A stretch of 63,396 bases of DNA, counting the filler, from Craspedostauros australis (lineage: Eukaryota): NCBI GenBank assembly GCA_030167865.1. It is 15 parts of 15 records of this genome, joined end to end, with 100 filler letters (N's around TTAATTAATTAA, not from the genome) between each part and the next. Parts side by side here need not be neighbours in the genome. Positions count along the whole stretch, not along the records: positions 22,403 to 28,446 come from JALAGF010000795.1; positions 28,547 to 39,430 come from JALAGF010000796.1; 13 more parts are not named here. One strand, written 5' to 3'. Position 1 is the first letter of the stretch. Every line of letters starts with the position of its first letter. A program made the position numbers and the translations under genes. The notes under the pieces were generated by a model. The model was not told the origin of the DNA and ran no database searches. It saw only the letters and a list, made by a program, of their open reading frames with translations. Of this stretch, positions 24,220 to 36,500 are shown piece by piece.

Positions 24220-27200
24220 ATGACGCGCACAGACGCAGCAAACGGCTCCGGCAGAGCCGACCCAAGGCACCCCCGTACCCCACAAAGGGCACCGGGACGA
24301 GCAGGAAGAGGAGGGCGACACAATGGTGGTAACGGCGGCAGAGGGCGTGGAGGAGGGGGCCGGAAACAGTCCAGGGAAGCCGCACGGAAGAAAGCGGCGA
24401 AAACCATCACCGCAACGGACGACGGCGGTTGGATTTGGAGTCACGACCATGAGAAATCGTGGGGTGACATCCTTCGGGAGCGTAATTTGTTGACACGGGA
24501 TGCAGAACCCTTCACAACCGCCACAGGGGCAGAAGGTGCTCTCGATGAGACCATTGCGCACACCAAAGCGAACTCCGAAAATGAGGACGTGGGGAAAACG
24601 CTGGAAGAATGGACGGAAGTGTTCAAAAACGCTTACGACAACAAGCTGCAGCCAGACCAGAACATCAACCTGGTGGAGCTTATGATCCGATTGGTAGCCA
24701 CTCCCAACATATTCCCCAACATGTGGGATGCAGGGCGGATCAGAGCCACGCACGAGACTTCAGCATGGATAGCGGCACGAATCGTACTCATGCGGACCAA
24801 AGGGATCGAGTTTGAAGACGAAGAGGAGACCACTACGTCCCCAAACCCGAAGAAGAAGAAAAAGCAACGCAAACCAAAGCGCAAGGTGGTGGCTTTCCCA
24901 AGGAAGTCAGCTCGTCAGGCTGAGCTACCCAGCGTGAACGACGTTTTGAGCGATTTCAACAAAACCTTCTTCGACGTGCGCCTGCCCATGGCGAGAGAAT
25001 CAGTTGAAGTTCAACTAAGAACCGACTACTTTCCTTGTTAGGGTATCCCGTGTCGTCGCTTGAAACTACTTTTGGCGCGTAAATTGTCCAAACCCGACAA
25101 TGGACAGACCTTCCTTGCCCTCCCCCTCTTTTCAGTCACGAATCGTTCCCGATTCCCATGCTACGGTCCGTCTAAGCCAACCAACGCATGTGGGAACTAT
25201 ATGCTCCCAAGATCCTGTCAGATGAACTTCACCTGGATTCCCTTTTGACGCCACGACGTTTGCTGGCCATGCCAGCCACACCATGGGCAATCTAAGCTGC
25301 TTCAACCTCAGCAATGGAATCCTGATGCAAGCTCAACCTGCTGGCTCCGGATGCGCAGCTCCCATCTCTTCAACATCTGCTGAAGCCACGAGACCTACTG
25401 CATGACATCGCCAGCGATTCAGGGGAGAAAGACACGGAAGAAAGTACAGCCTCTTCTCAGCACTGAACCATGAGGGTCAGTGCAGAGCCGTGCCAATACA
25501 TGAATATCGTTTCTTCATCCTGCCTACAGCTACTAACTCATAATAACAAGCTCAGATTAGTACAAACACTACTACTCTATTCATCGTTACAAGCCTTAAC
25601 AGCCATACAACATTCAAGCCTTAACAGCCATACAACATTCAAGCCCAGTGAACTGCGTCAATCGGCCTCATCTGAAGCCGGCAGTCCACAAGGCCTACTC
25701 CGGTTCGTCTACGAAAGTACACGAATCCTAACTGAATCCAACGATCCGCTGATCAACCAGGTGATCGCGAGCCTCAACGAAGTGAGAGCATTCATATTCC
25801 GGGCTGATTCAAAAGCCCAGATTGTGGCGTGGCGAAGAAGTAAGGACATGAAACCTTGGACTGCGTCGGATGTACCGTGGACCTCTCGAGAGACTATCAA
25901 ACAGTTCGTCGAGAGTCTGTACGCACGCACAGGATTCAACACCTACACGAGGATCTGGGTTGCTCACAAGGCAGACGCGGAAGTGTTCGAAGACGACGGA
26001 ACGCTCCGGTCATCCGCAATTGCGTTCTCCAAGTCAGACATTCAAGAACACAACATCGTGACAGCCGGTTGGTTGTTNGGTAGTCACAGTACTACCAACA
26101 ACAATGACCTGGCGGAAGCCATCAACGAGACGGAGATTGTGAAAGGCAAGTTCGCCGTCCAGCTGCGAATGAAGGAAATTCAGCTGGTTAGCAAGAGGAA
26201 TCGTCCGAAGGATACCAGCGACTACAGAAACCGCCCCAGAGCCACGCATGTGATGAGTGGGCAGTCGAAAACCCACATGTGCAGAGTGGCCATGAAAGAG
26301 CTTTTTAACAACCGCTCTGACACGACCCGCATACTCGGGAAGCAAATGAGGTTCATGCCAGACGCTTTGGACAACAGGTTCGAGCATCCCCCGTCGGAAC
26401 TCGCGAATTTGAGTAAAATGGCGGCCCACCAAAGGGAGTTTGAGAAGGTGATGAAGGTTCAGGGAGTGCATTCCATCCTGCAGCTGGATGTGGAGATTCC
26501 CATCTGGAGACTCACGCTTCGAGAGGTGGTCATGAATCTCAGGTCGTTCGAAGACCCAGACTATTCCCTCTTCGTTTCGGTCGACACAGATCGCAGTGAC
26601 TGGACTCAGACGCACTTCGTGTTTCACCCAAAAAGGAGGGTCGAGGCACACGAACTGATCTCGAAGCTTCCCTTCTTCTGCTTTAAAAAGCTTGACCACA
26701 GATGCCAAGGGTGGTTTACACCGCATGCTTGGGCACAGAACGAACACTACGATGTCGATTGGGAGTCTGGCCTAGTGTTGAGCAGAGAAGAGCAAGAGAT
26801 GGGGCAGATGGTGCAAGCCGGGCCAAGATTCTTGAACCTCGATGAACACGAGGCAATGGGCATGACGCCAGCGGAGATGGGGTGGGAAGGGTATGTGGAC
26901 GAGCAAGGAAACATGGAGCCCGTTCCATTGCTGCAGTTCGAAGTGGAATTGACCGCCAATCCAAAATCACAGAACGGGGACAACTACACCGTGGGAACGT
27001 TCGCCACGGCCTCTCCAGCACAGCAGGCGAGCCACGTGGCACATGCAATTGCGAGTGCGGCGTCCAGTAAGGCGGACAACCCAGGCACGTTTGCATCTGA
27101 TCCAAAGGCCAAAGCTGACTACGACGTGGATCACCCGGAAACCATAATGGAGGGTTTGGTGGACGAGGAAGACGAGGAGGACGAGGATAGCTCAAGCAGC

Positions 27201-27305
27201 AAAGGGATGGACACAAAAGATCCACCCGTCGACGAATCGATCGACAATATGGACACCAGTTCCGAGAAATCCGACAGTGGCGATGGTGCCACAGTGCAGG
27301 CGTAA
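24220..27305 (+). pseudogene. Ambal ORF1 (~782 aa when 24220..25001 and 25739..27305 are joined), interrupted by a 732-bp insertion
   Basis: Rejoined MARESNDPLINQVI aligns without gaps to MSREGSDTLLVQVI in copy 2. Confidence 0.85.
25002..25733 (+). mobile_element. AGTT...AACT family, complete 732-bp copy with TSD GAATC (solo-LTR-like)
   Basis: GAATC at 24997-25001 and 25734-25738; homologues at 44687 (-) and 59881 (+). Confidence 0.9.
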
Positions 27306-27569
27306 TTGCCAGCGACGCCAGTGGATCAGGTACGCGCAACAGGTGTCGATCCAAAGGGATTCGGGCAAGCGAACAGGAATCCGGACGAAAGGTGGATAGA
27401 GACGAGACGGGAGAGAGAGACATCTCACCAAGTCCAGCCGTAAGGGGCGGCGAGTGCCAAAGCCAAATCAACAATACCGGCGAGCAACAACAAAAAAAAA
27501 GCGGGAGAAAGGGCCCAAGAGAACAGAGAACGGAGACGGTAAACAGGAGACTACAAAAAGGATAACAGC

Positions 27570-27618
27570 AACAAGAACTACAACAACAAGAATTACAACA
27601 ATAATAATCACAACAACT

Positions 27619-27672
<54 letters not shown>
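27570..27672 (+). repeat. (ACA)n microsatellite in the LINE inter-ORF spacer
   Basis: Direct reading of the sequence. Confidence 0.95.
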
Positions 27673-27790
27673 GCCAGAGGCAATAATAGCAGCAAGAGGG
27701 ACAACGTCACCGATACGTAGCCCGGGCAGCGAGCCAAAAGGCAGAACTCATCGACACGCCAGCAACGGAAGGAGCTGAGACACCGATAAC

Positions 27791-28446
27791 ATGAGTAACC
27801 AAGCCGGGATCCCGGCAGAGGGGGAGACAAGTAGACTAAACGATGCTTGTGGCGATGTGATGGAAAAGGAGAATGAAGTCAGAGTCGTATTTCAGAACGT
27901 GGCACAGATCCCTCTATATGCATATCAACAGAAGAATGAGGAAATCATAGACTTCATCCGACGGTCGAAACTCGATGTGCTAGCGATGGCGGAGACAAAC
28001 TTGAGATGGAACCACGTGCGTCCCCATGATCAATGGGAAGAACGAGTGCGCGGTAAAGTCAAACGATCCAAGCATATATTCTCGTACAACATCCACGAGC
28101 AAGGGCGCGAACCAAGGCTGTACGGAGGGACAGGCGTTGTTCTCACAGAGCAGATGGCGGCAAGAACCTTTCAGTACGGAGTTGATGAGAGTGGCATGGG
28201 GAGATGGTCCTGGTGCAAGATCGAAGGAAAAAGGCACAAGACTGTGAGAGTGGTGGCAGCATATAGACCGTGCAAATCCACCGCAGGTGACACCACCGTG
28301 TGGAGCCAGCAGGTGCGAGTGCTGAGTACGCAGGGGCGACAAGTCGATCCCCACGAGGCATGGATTCATGACCTACAAGAACTAGTGCGAAGGTGGAAAG
28401 GAGACGGGGATTCGATTGTGATAGGTGTAGACCTAAACGAGGACGT
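27791..28446 (+). CDS. Ambal ORF2 N-terminus, APE-like endonuclease (partial)
   Basis: VVFQNV, LAMAETN, YGGTG, DESGMGRWSW, VVAAYRPC, IGVDLNED. Confidence 0.85.
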
Positions 28447-28546
28447 NNNNNNNNNNNNNNNNNNNNNNNNNNNNNNNNNNNNNNNNNNNNTTAATTAATT
28501 AANNNNNNNNNNNNNNNNNNNNNNNNNNNNNNNNNNNNNNNNNNNN

Positions 28547-29460
28547 ACAGCATCACATCCACAACCGCAACCACTGCGATTGAAGCATGCCGTCCATGTC
28601 CATGCTCTCCAACAGCATCACATCCACAACCGCAACCACTGCGATTGAAGCATGCCGTCCGAGTCCATGCTCCATCACAGCATCACATCCACAACCGCAA
28701 CCACTGCGATTGAAGCATGCCGTCCGAGTCCATGCTCCATCACAGCATCACATCCACATCCACAGCTACAGCCACTGCGATTGAAGCATGCCGTCCGAGT
28801 CCATGCTCTCCAACAGCATCACATCCACAACCGCAACCACTGCGATTGAAGCATGCCGTCCGAGTCCATGCTCGCCAACAGCATCGCATCCACAGCTACA
28901 GCCACTGCGATTGAAGCATGCCGTCCGAGTCCATGCTCCACGACAACATCACAGCCACACCCACTTCGATTGAAGCATGCCGTCCATGTCCATGCTCGCC
29001 AACAGCATCGCATCCACAGCTACAGCCACTTCCATTGAAGCATGCCGTCCGTGTCCATGCTCGCCAACAGCATCGCACCGACAGCCACAGCCACATCCAA
29101 TTCGATTGAAGCATGCCGTCCGTGTCCATGCTCTCCAACAGCATCACATGGACAGCCACAGCCGCATCGATTGAAGCATGCCGTCCGTGTCCATGCTCGC
29201 CAACAGCATCGCATTGACAGCCGCAGCCGCATCGATTGAAGCATGCTGTCCGTGTCCATGCTCTCCAACAGCATCGCACCGACAGCCACAGCCGCATCGA
29301 TTGAAGCATGCCGTCCATGTCCATGCTCCACGACAGCATCGCATCCACAACCACTTCGATTGGAGCATGCCGTCCATGTCCAAGCTCCACAACAGCATCG
29401 CATCGACAGCCACTTCGATTGAAGCATGCCGTCCGTGTCCAAGCTCCACAACAGCATCCA
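28547..29460. repeat. Minisatellite, 65-bp unit (59 and 71 variants), 14 cores
   Basis: Core GATTGAAGCATGCCGTCC at 28578, 28643, 28708, 28779, 28844, 28909, 28968, 29033, 29104, 29169, 29234, 29299, 29358, 29417 (a few with substitutions). Confidence 0.95.
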
Positions 29461-30504
29461 CATTGATAGGTGGCCATTCACTGAAATAGTGTATAGATTC
29501 ATTTCAATGTAATATCATCTTCTTGTCATTTTTTTAGCATGTTTTGTGATACCATTGTTTGTTTTCGGTTTTGTGTGACAGGTCTCACATTCTTGTTTTC
29601 CTTGGTGAACAGAGATTTGTGTTGTGTTCGATGTCATACGACCCCATTCAGGATACAAAGGTATTATCGTGCCGATTTTTAATTTGAGGCCTTCATTCAT
29701 CCTATAATTCTGTAGATAGTATATGTGTGAAGTGGCAAGCTCCTGATCCTTGTAGTTAAAAAGTTTATATTTTTCGCATTAGTCTATTTCTACAAACGTT
29801 GGGCATGCGGACGTAGACGTGCAATTGGGGTTGGAAACTCCAGTCGTGCTTCGATTTTGTTATCCAGTCGTGCCTATCATCGACACAATCACAGTTTGCG
29901 TTGGTGAGGCGGTTGGTTTCGAAGAAATGTTGAGGATTGCGTGGCAGCGGTAGGCATGCCAAGGATGCTGATTCATCTGGGCCATGGATCAGTTGTCAAA
30001 ATTCAGAGTTGTGGGNTAGTGGGTAATCCAGATCTTGACCCCCAGCTTGACTTTCACACTGTCTTGTTCTCGGTTCTGCTGCCGTTTATGTTCCAGGACG
30101 TCGATCTTTGTCCATGTCACAATCAGCACACACTGCCTTCCCTCCATATGCCTACTCTTTATTGCGGCCTCATCCTCATTTCAGATCTATTCTCTGTTTG
30201 TTCCTTTGGACCTCCTCTCTGCTCGTCGTTGCCAACAGCCATCTCTGGCTGCTGGCTGTTGTTCATCTGCTCTCCTCTCGGCTTGTTATTTTGATGTCAA
30301 TGAATCTGGAAGCACGCGAATCACAACATGAAAACAACATGGAAAACAACACCACTGCCACCAGTCTCTTTCCGCACCATGCCAACAGCTCAGCAGATGA
30401 CCTTGGCATCCCCTGTCCAATGGGAACAAAGCAGGTTGCGCAGGACTTTGTATTAACACACTAAGCTTAGTGTGAAATAGTGCTATATTTTGCATACTAA
30501 AGAA

Positions 30505-33500
30505 TGTCCCATGGCTCTTCCACAGTTGATGATGTACGTAGGACCAGTATGAAATTCTCATGTAGAACCTGTAGAATCAGTACTAGAACAAAATCTTTGA
30601 CAATGGTGCACACAAGCGCATAAAACAGCTCTGGCAAAGTCAACCAGAGTGCTCGATCGATGCCGACCATGGCACAAGGATGTCCAGGACAAGGAGGCCG
30701 AGGTGGCAAGCGACTCTCCAGGCAAAAAGACGCCAAAAAAGCAACCCACTAAAAACAAGAACCATTGGACTTGGAGTCATCAGCACAAGAGAAGTTGGGG
30801 TGACATCCTCCGCAAGAGGAATTTGATGACATGGGGCTTGGAACCTTTCCAAGCTGCATCTGGGGAAGAGGGCGCACTTGACGAGCCCTTTGCCTTCGTG
30901 AAGGAGATGAGGGACGGTCTGGCAGACGGGGCATCCTTCAAACAGTGGAATCAGCTGTTCAGCGATGCGTACAACAACAAACTAACTGCAGAATCCAACC
31001 TGCTGATAGTGCAAATCATGGTGCAACTGTTGGCAACATCCAACATCTTCTCCTCTTCGATGTGGAATTTGGACAGATCCTATCCACACATGTGACAGCC
31101 ATGTGGATTGAAGCAAGGATGGTATTCATGGAGGCCAAGGGCATCCATCTTGACAAAACGAAGATGAAGACGTTCCACAGGCCAACTCTCCAAACCCCAC
31201 ATCCAAAAAGAAGTAATGCAAGCAAAAAAACAAAGTAACGGCGTACCCATGGAAGAACCCACAAGCTTGAGAACTGGTGAGCATCAATGATCTCCTCAGC
31301 AACATTCACAAGAGCTTCTTTGATGTGTGTCTGCCAATGTCAAGGGAGGGCAGTGATACTCTGTTGGTGCAAGTCATTGTAGGATTGAACGCGTTACGCG
31401 CATTCATTTTCCGCACTGACTCCAAGGCAAAAATCCTGGCATGTCGGAAAAGCAAAAAGCTATGACCCTGGATGGCCGCGGACGTTGCATGGACCAGCTG
31501 TGAGATGCTGAAGCAATTTGTAGAGAGTCTCTATGCAAGGACAGGATTCATGACCTACACATTCATTTGGGTTGCCCACAAACAGGACCTCGACACTTTT
31601 GAGGATGATGGAACACTAGTATCAGCTGCAATGGCTTTCAGGAAGTCTGACATTCAGGAGCACAACATTGTGGCAGCAGGCTGGCTGCTCGGCAGCCACA
31701 GCACCATGAATACAGAGGATTTGGCAGAAGTAATCAATGAGCATGAGATTGTGAAGAACCAATGCGTAGTTCAACTTCGCATCCATAAGATTCAACTGGT
31801 GAAGAAGAGAGGACGACGATCCGAATTGGATAGCTACTGCAACTGGCCAAGGGCCACCCACATCATGTACAGCAAGTCAAAGCCCAGATCCTGCCATGTC
31901 GCAATGAACGACATGTTCAACAACCGCGTGGACACGGTACTCATCCTTGGAAAATAGATGAGGTTCATGCTGGACACTCTTGACCAAAGGTTCTATCACC
32001 CACCCTTGGAACTCACGAACTTGAGTTTGATGGTAGCGCATCAGGTCGCATTCGAACAGAAAATGGTGACAGAGGGCATGTACTCTATCATACAGTTGGA
32101 TGTGGAAGTGCTGAAATGAAGACTCACTCTGCGCGAGGTCATCTTGAATCTTTGGTCTTTCAAAGACCCAGACTACACATTGTTCGTGTCAGTGGATACA
32201 AACAAGTCCGACCGCAATCGCACCTTTTTCGTCTTCCATCCCAAACGACAGGTGGAAGCACTGGAACTGATTTCCAAACTACCATTTTTCTGCAACAAAA
32301 CGCTGGACCACAAATGCCAAGGATAGTTTACTCCAGAGGCATGGTCCCAAAACAAATACTACGAAGTGGACTAGGAAATCAGATTGGTCAGAAGCAAGGA
32401 GGAGTTGGAGATGGGGCAACTTGCGCAAGAGGGGTGCTCACTTTCTCAATCTCGATGAAGAGGAGATGATCGAGCTATCCGTGGAGGATGTTGGATGGGA
32501 AGGCTACATGGATGAACAAGGCAACATGAAACTGGTGCCACTCCTGGAATTCGAGGTTGAAATGACATCCAACCCAAGAACACAGAGCAGGGACAACAGA
32601 ACAGTAGCAACCTTTGCAACAGCATCAGTGGCCCAGCAGACCGCCCATCTGGGGGCCGCAATCGGAAACACTGCAAAACACAAGTCAGCCAGGCCACAGC
32701 AATTTGCAGCAGACCCAGCAGCCAAAACAGACTTCGACCTGGACAACCCAAATAACAGCATCCCAGAGGAAGACGAGCATGAGACTGACAAGGGTGACCA
32801 GATGAAGACCCAGAGGTTGGGAAAAGATGAGGACAGTGGTGACAGCTCAAACGAGACTGACAGCAATGACGAGGATGAGGGCAGTCAAGGAGGCCACAAG
32901 ATGGAAGACCCCATGGACATAGATCCAATCACACCCGAACGCCAAGGAGCCACGAGACAGGAGTAGAAAACATAAAAAAGAGTAGAAGCAAACAAAACAC
33001 AAAGACAATAAGAACCAATAACACAACAATACAGAAACACACCAACACAACTCAAGGACCACGACAGTGATCGCCAATGCTTTCTCACCAAAACAAAGCA
33101 ACAGAGAATGAGGAAAGAAGCCAGTACCACTAACATAAGTGGAGCAAGACAACAACAAATATTGACCACAGGCCAGATACACTGGACTATACCACAGTGT
33201 ATTAGGGATGGCACAATGGCAGACATGACTGTCCACACAGAAGCAAGTAGGCTGAACGATGCTTGTAGGGATGCGATGAACAACAAGACTGGGGCAACGA
33301 TATGCATCGTCTTCCAGAACGCATCCCAGATACCCATACACTCATACCAACAGAAAAAAGATATCTTCGACTTCATCAGGATGAGTGGCCTTGACATGCT
33401 ATTCATGGCTGAGACCAACACAAGATGGGCCCATGTGCGACCCACGGACCAATGGTCGGAGCAAGGAAGATGTCGGATCTCCAGGTCTAAGCACATTTTC

Positions 33501-36500
33501 TCGTACAACGCGCACGAAGCAAAGCGGGACCTGAGGATTTACGGCAGGGCAGGAATTGTGGTGACTGCACAGTTGGCGGCTCGCACATTCCAAAGTAGAT
33601 TTGATGAGAGCAGAATGGGAAGATGGTGTTGGACTCTATCAGAGGGAAAATGAAGCACACTACTGTGAGCGGTTTCCGCCTACAGGCCATGGCAATCCAC
33701 CAAAGGACACAGTACTGTGTGGGCACAGCAATCAAGGGTCCTGGACACCGAAGGAAGAGAGGACAATCTGCACGAAGCATGGACCATAGGCTTGCAGGAG
33801 GGACTACACAGATGGAATATGGAAGGAAACACCATTGTGATCCGAGTGAACCTTAACAATGACATGCTGGACAGCAACATATCCAAGCAACTGGGCAAGA
33901 TTGGAATGAAAAACGTGGTAGAAGACAGAATAGGAGAGGAATCCTGACAAGCCATACAACAACGGAACAGGAGCAACGTGCCCATCAATGCAATCTATGT
34001 TATGGAAGGGGGAAGATGGAGAAATCAGGCTATCTGGCGTTTGGGGCTCCAATTCCATCCGACCATAGAGCAGTACGGACGGCCATGAGCTTCGCGCAGA
34101 TCCTGGGGATGGGAATAAAGCCAGTTCAATCCAGCGTGCCCAATAGACTGGTGCTCAGTGTCGTGCAGGTTGTACAACGCTATAACGACGCTCTTTTCGA
34201 AGAATACAGCAAACACAACATACACAGACGCGTGGAGGAAATGTTGACAACAACAAAGGCCCAAGGATGGACCATGACACGAGAGCAGCGCCTCCAGTTC
34301 GACAAGCTCTTGGAACAAACGAACCAGATCAGGCGATTCACGGAGAAAGGGTGCAGAAAGTTGAAAATGGAGGAAGTCGCATGGTCACCAGAGATACAAC
34401 ACTCTCAGGACGTGATTCAACTCTGGTCACTTGAGGTGAAGCATCTCCTGGGTGTGAAAGTGAACCCCTCTCTTCATTGGCGAGCCAGAAAGCGGGTAGG
34501 CCTCAAGGAAGGCATGAACCTCCAACAAGTGCAGCAAATGTGCTCTGAAGCATACAAAGCCTACTAGAAGCAAAATATAGAGCACACACAAGTGAGGCAA
34601 GATCACCTGTTGCGGATGGCGAGACAACGACATGACTCAAACGAACAGGAGTACGAAGCCGCTCTACAAATGCTCCTGAACAGGGAGAAGCAGCGAGAGC
34701 AAGCCGGCTGCCTCAGAGCGGCATTCGGGCAAGGCAAATTGATGACCACCAAAGTTCTGTTAACGGACAACAAAGGATAGCTGCATGAATGTAATGAGCA
34801 GTACAAGATAGTCATAGCATGCATCCGGGAAAACAAGAAGAGGTTCTCCCAGGTCAACAGCGCCCCCTGTATGATCGGCCAGGGCAAGCAACTCATGGAC
34901 CGTATATGGATACCAGAACTTGGACAACAGCTCGTTGAGACGGAGGCGCCCATACCAGAGACAATTGACCCCATGATCAGGGTTCTGTTGGAGTCCCTTG
35001 AGTCTATTGCGCAGGACGAGTCAGAACTCACTGTAATGGAGCATTCGAAGGCCTGAAAAAGCAGACGGAGCTCACCAATTCAGAGCTGAGCTGTGCCCAT
35101 TTTGGTCATTACAAGGCTGCTGCAACGGTTCAGGCACTGGCCCACTTGGATACAATGCTGAAGGAGGCACCATACCAGACTGAGCATTCTCCAAAACCAT
35201 GGCAACATGTTACCAATGTGGAAATTCTCAAGAAGGCACAAGTGTTCAACATTGAAAATGCATACGATACAGCTCATGGACGCGCAGTTCAACCTGAACA
35301 ACAAGCGACTCGGCAAGCAGATAATGCAGACAGCGGAGAAGGCCGGCTGGCTATTGGGCTTTCAGTTTGGGAGCCGAAAGCGCAGATTGGCAATGAGTGT
35401 TGCACTGAGCAAGCAGCTCACCATTGTCCTCGGATTCCAACAGAAGGTAACAGTGGTGTTCTGTTCCAATGATGCAAAGTCGTGTTACAACAGGATCATA
35501 CCCAACTTTGCGGCTGTGGCGAAAATGGCCGCGGGTGCGAACGGATCGACTACAAGGAGCATGTTCAAAACCCTACGCGACACCAGACACCACATCAGCA
35601 CTGCATACGGAGTGTCCAGCAGGTGCTACAAAAAAGGCACTGACTGTGACATGCATGGCATTGGACAAGACAATGGGGCAGGCCCTGCAATCTGGGCTGG
35701 TATCAGCTCTGTCATGTTTAAGGCCGTGACAAGAATAGGCCACACATTGGCCTTGGCCAGTCTGCCAGAGAGTTCATACCAGTGCTAGGCTCGGCGTTTG
35801 TTGATGATACCGACCTGATCCGACTCGAGTAACAGGAGCACGACAGTGCCGATACCAAAGCCTTGAAACAGACAGTCCAGGATTAGAGCCAACTGTTGCA
35901 AGTCACAGGAGGAGCGCTGGTACCAGAGAAGTCAGCATGGTGGGCCATCCAACCCAAGTTCAACACCGATAAATGGGAACGGCGCGATGCCAAGGCCACC
36001 ACCAGTATTCGCATCGACGAAGGAAAAGGTACAAGAGCGGAGATCCCCAACAAGACGATGGATCAGCCGCTGTTCACCTGGGCGTGCTCATTGAGTTCGA
36101 CAGAGACAATGGGGAGCAAGTACAGCAGCTGCAGAAGAAAGCCGAAGACTTCAGAGGAAGGATGCGTACTGCGTAGATCTCCCCAGAGGACGCAAGATTG
36201 GCGCTTACACTGAGATTCATGAAGGCAATTGAGTACGCCTTGCCGCTAGTCCAGCTCACCCAGACGCAGTGGCAATAAATCATGGCGCTGGCGCTACTAG
36301 TGTTCCTGCCAAAGATGGGCTGCTCGCAAACCCTGCCAAGAGATCTGGTGGACGGCACGAAATCCCTTGGAGAGCTGGGCATTGTAAACCCTGCCAATTC
36401 CCAGCTGATGGCTCAGATTCAGCTGGCTTTCGATGAGGTTCATCGGGGGCCCAGACCGGCAAGATGATCAAGTGCTCGGTGCAAGCGCTCAAGGAGGAGC

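Larger units (their letters stand above)
24120..28446 (+). mobile_element. Ambal-type non-LTR retrotransposon copy 1: 5' end, ORF1, start of ORF2 (gap-truncated)
   Basis: Colinear with copy 2 from the 5' UTR onward; ORF2 carries an APE-type endonuclease. Confidence 0.85.

Noticed and set aside
25470..25738. N-terminal ~90 aa of the 611-aa ORF as genuine protein
   Set aside because: Read-through from the 732-bp insertion into LINE ORF1
28547..29460. CRISPR-like array (conserved core plus variable part)
   Set aside because: Variable parts are homologous hexamer runs, not unique spacers; no cas genes; eukaryotic context
29782..29830. Possible Helitron 5' end (TCTATTTCTAC)
   Set aside because: No matching 3' hairpin-CTRR end or Rep/helicase sequence found
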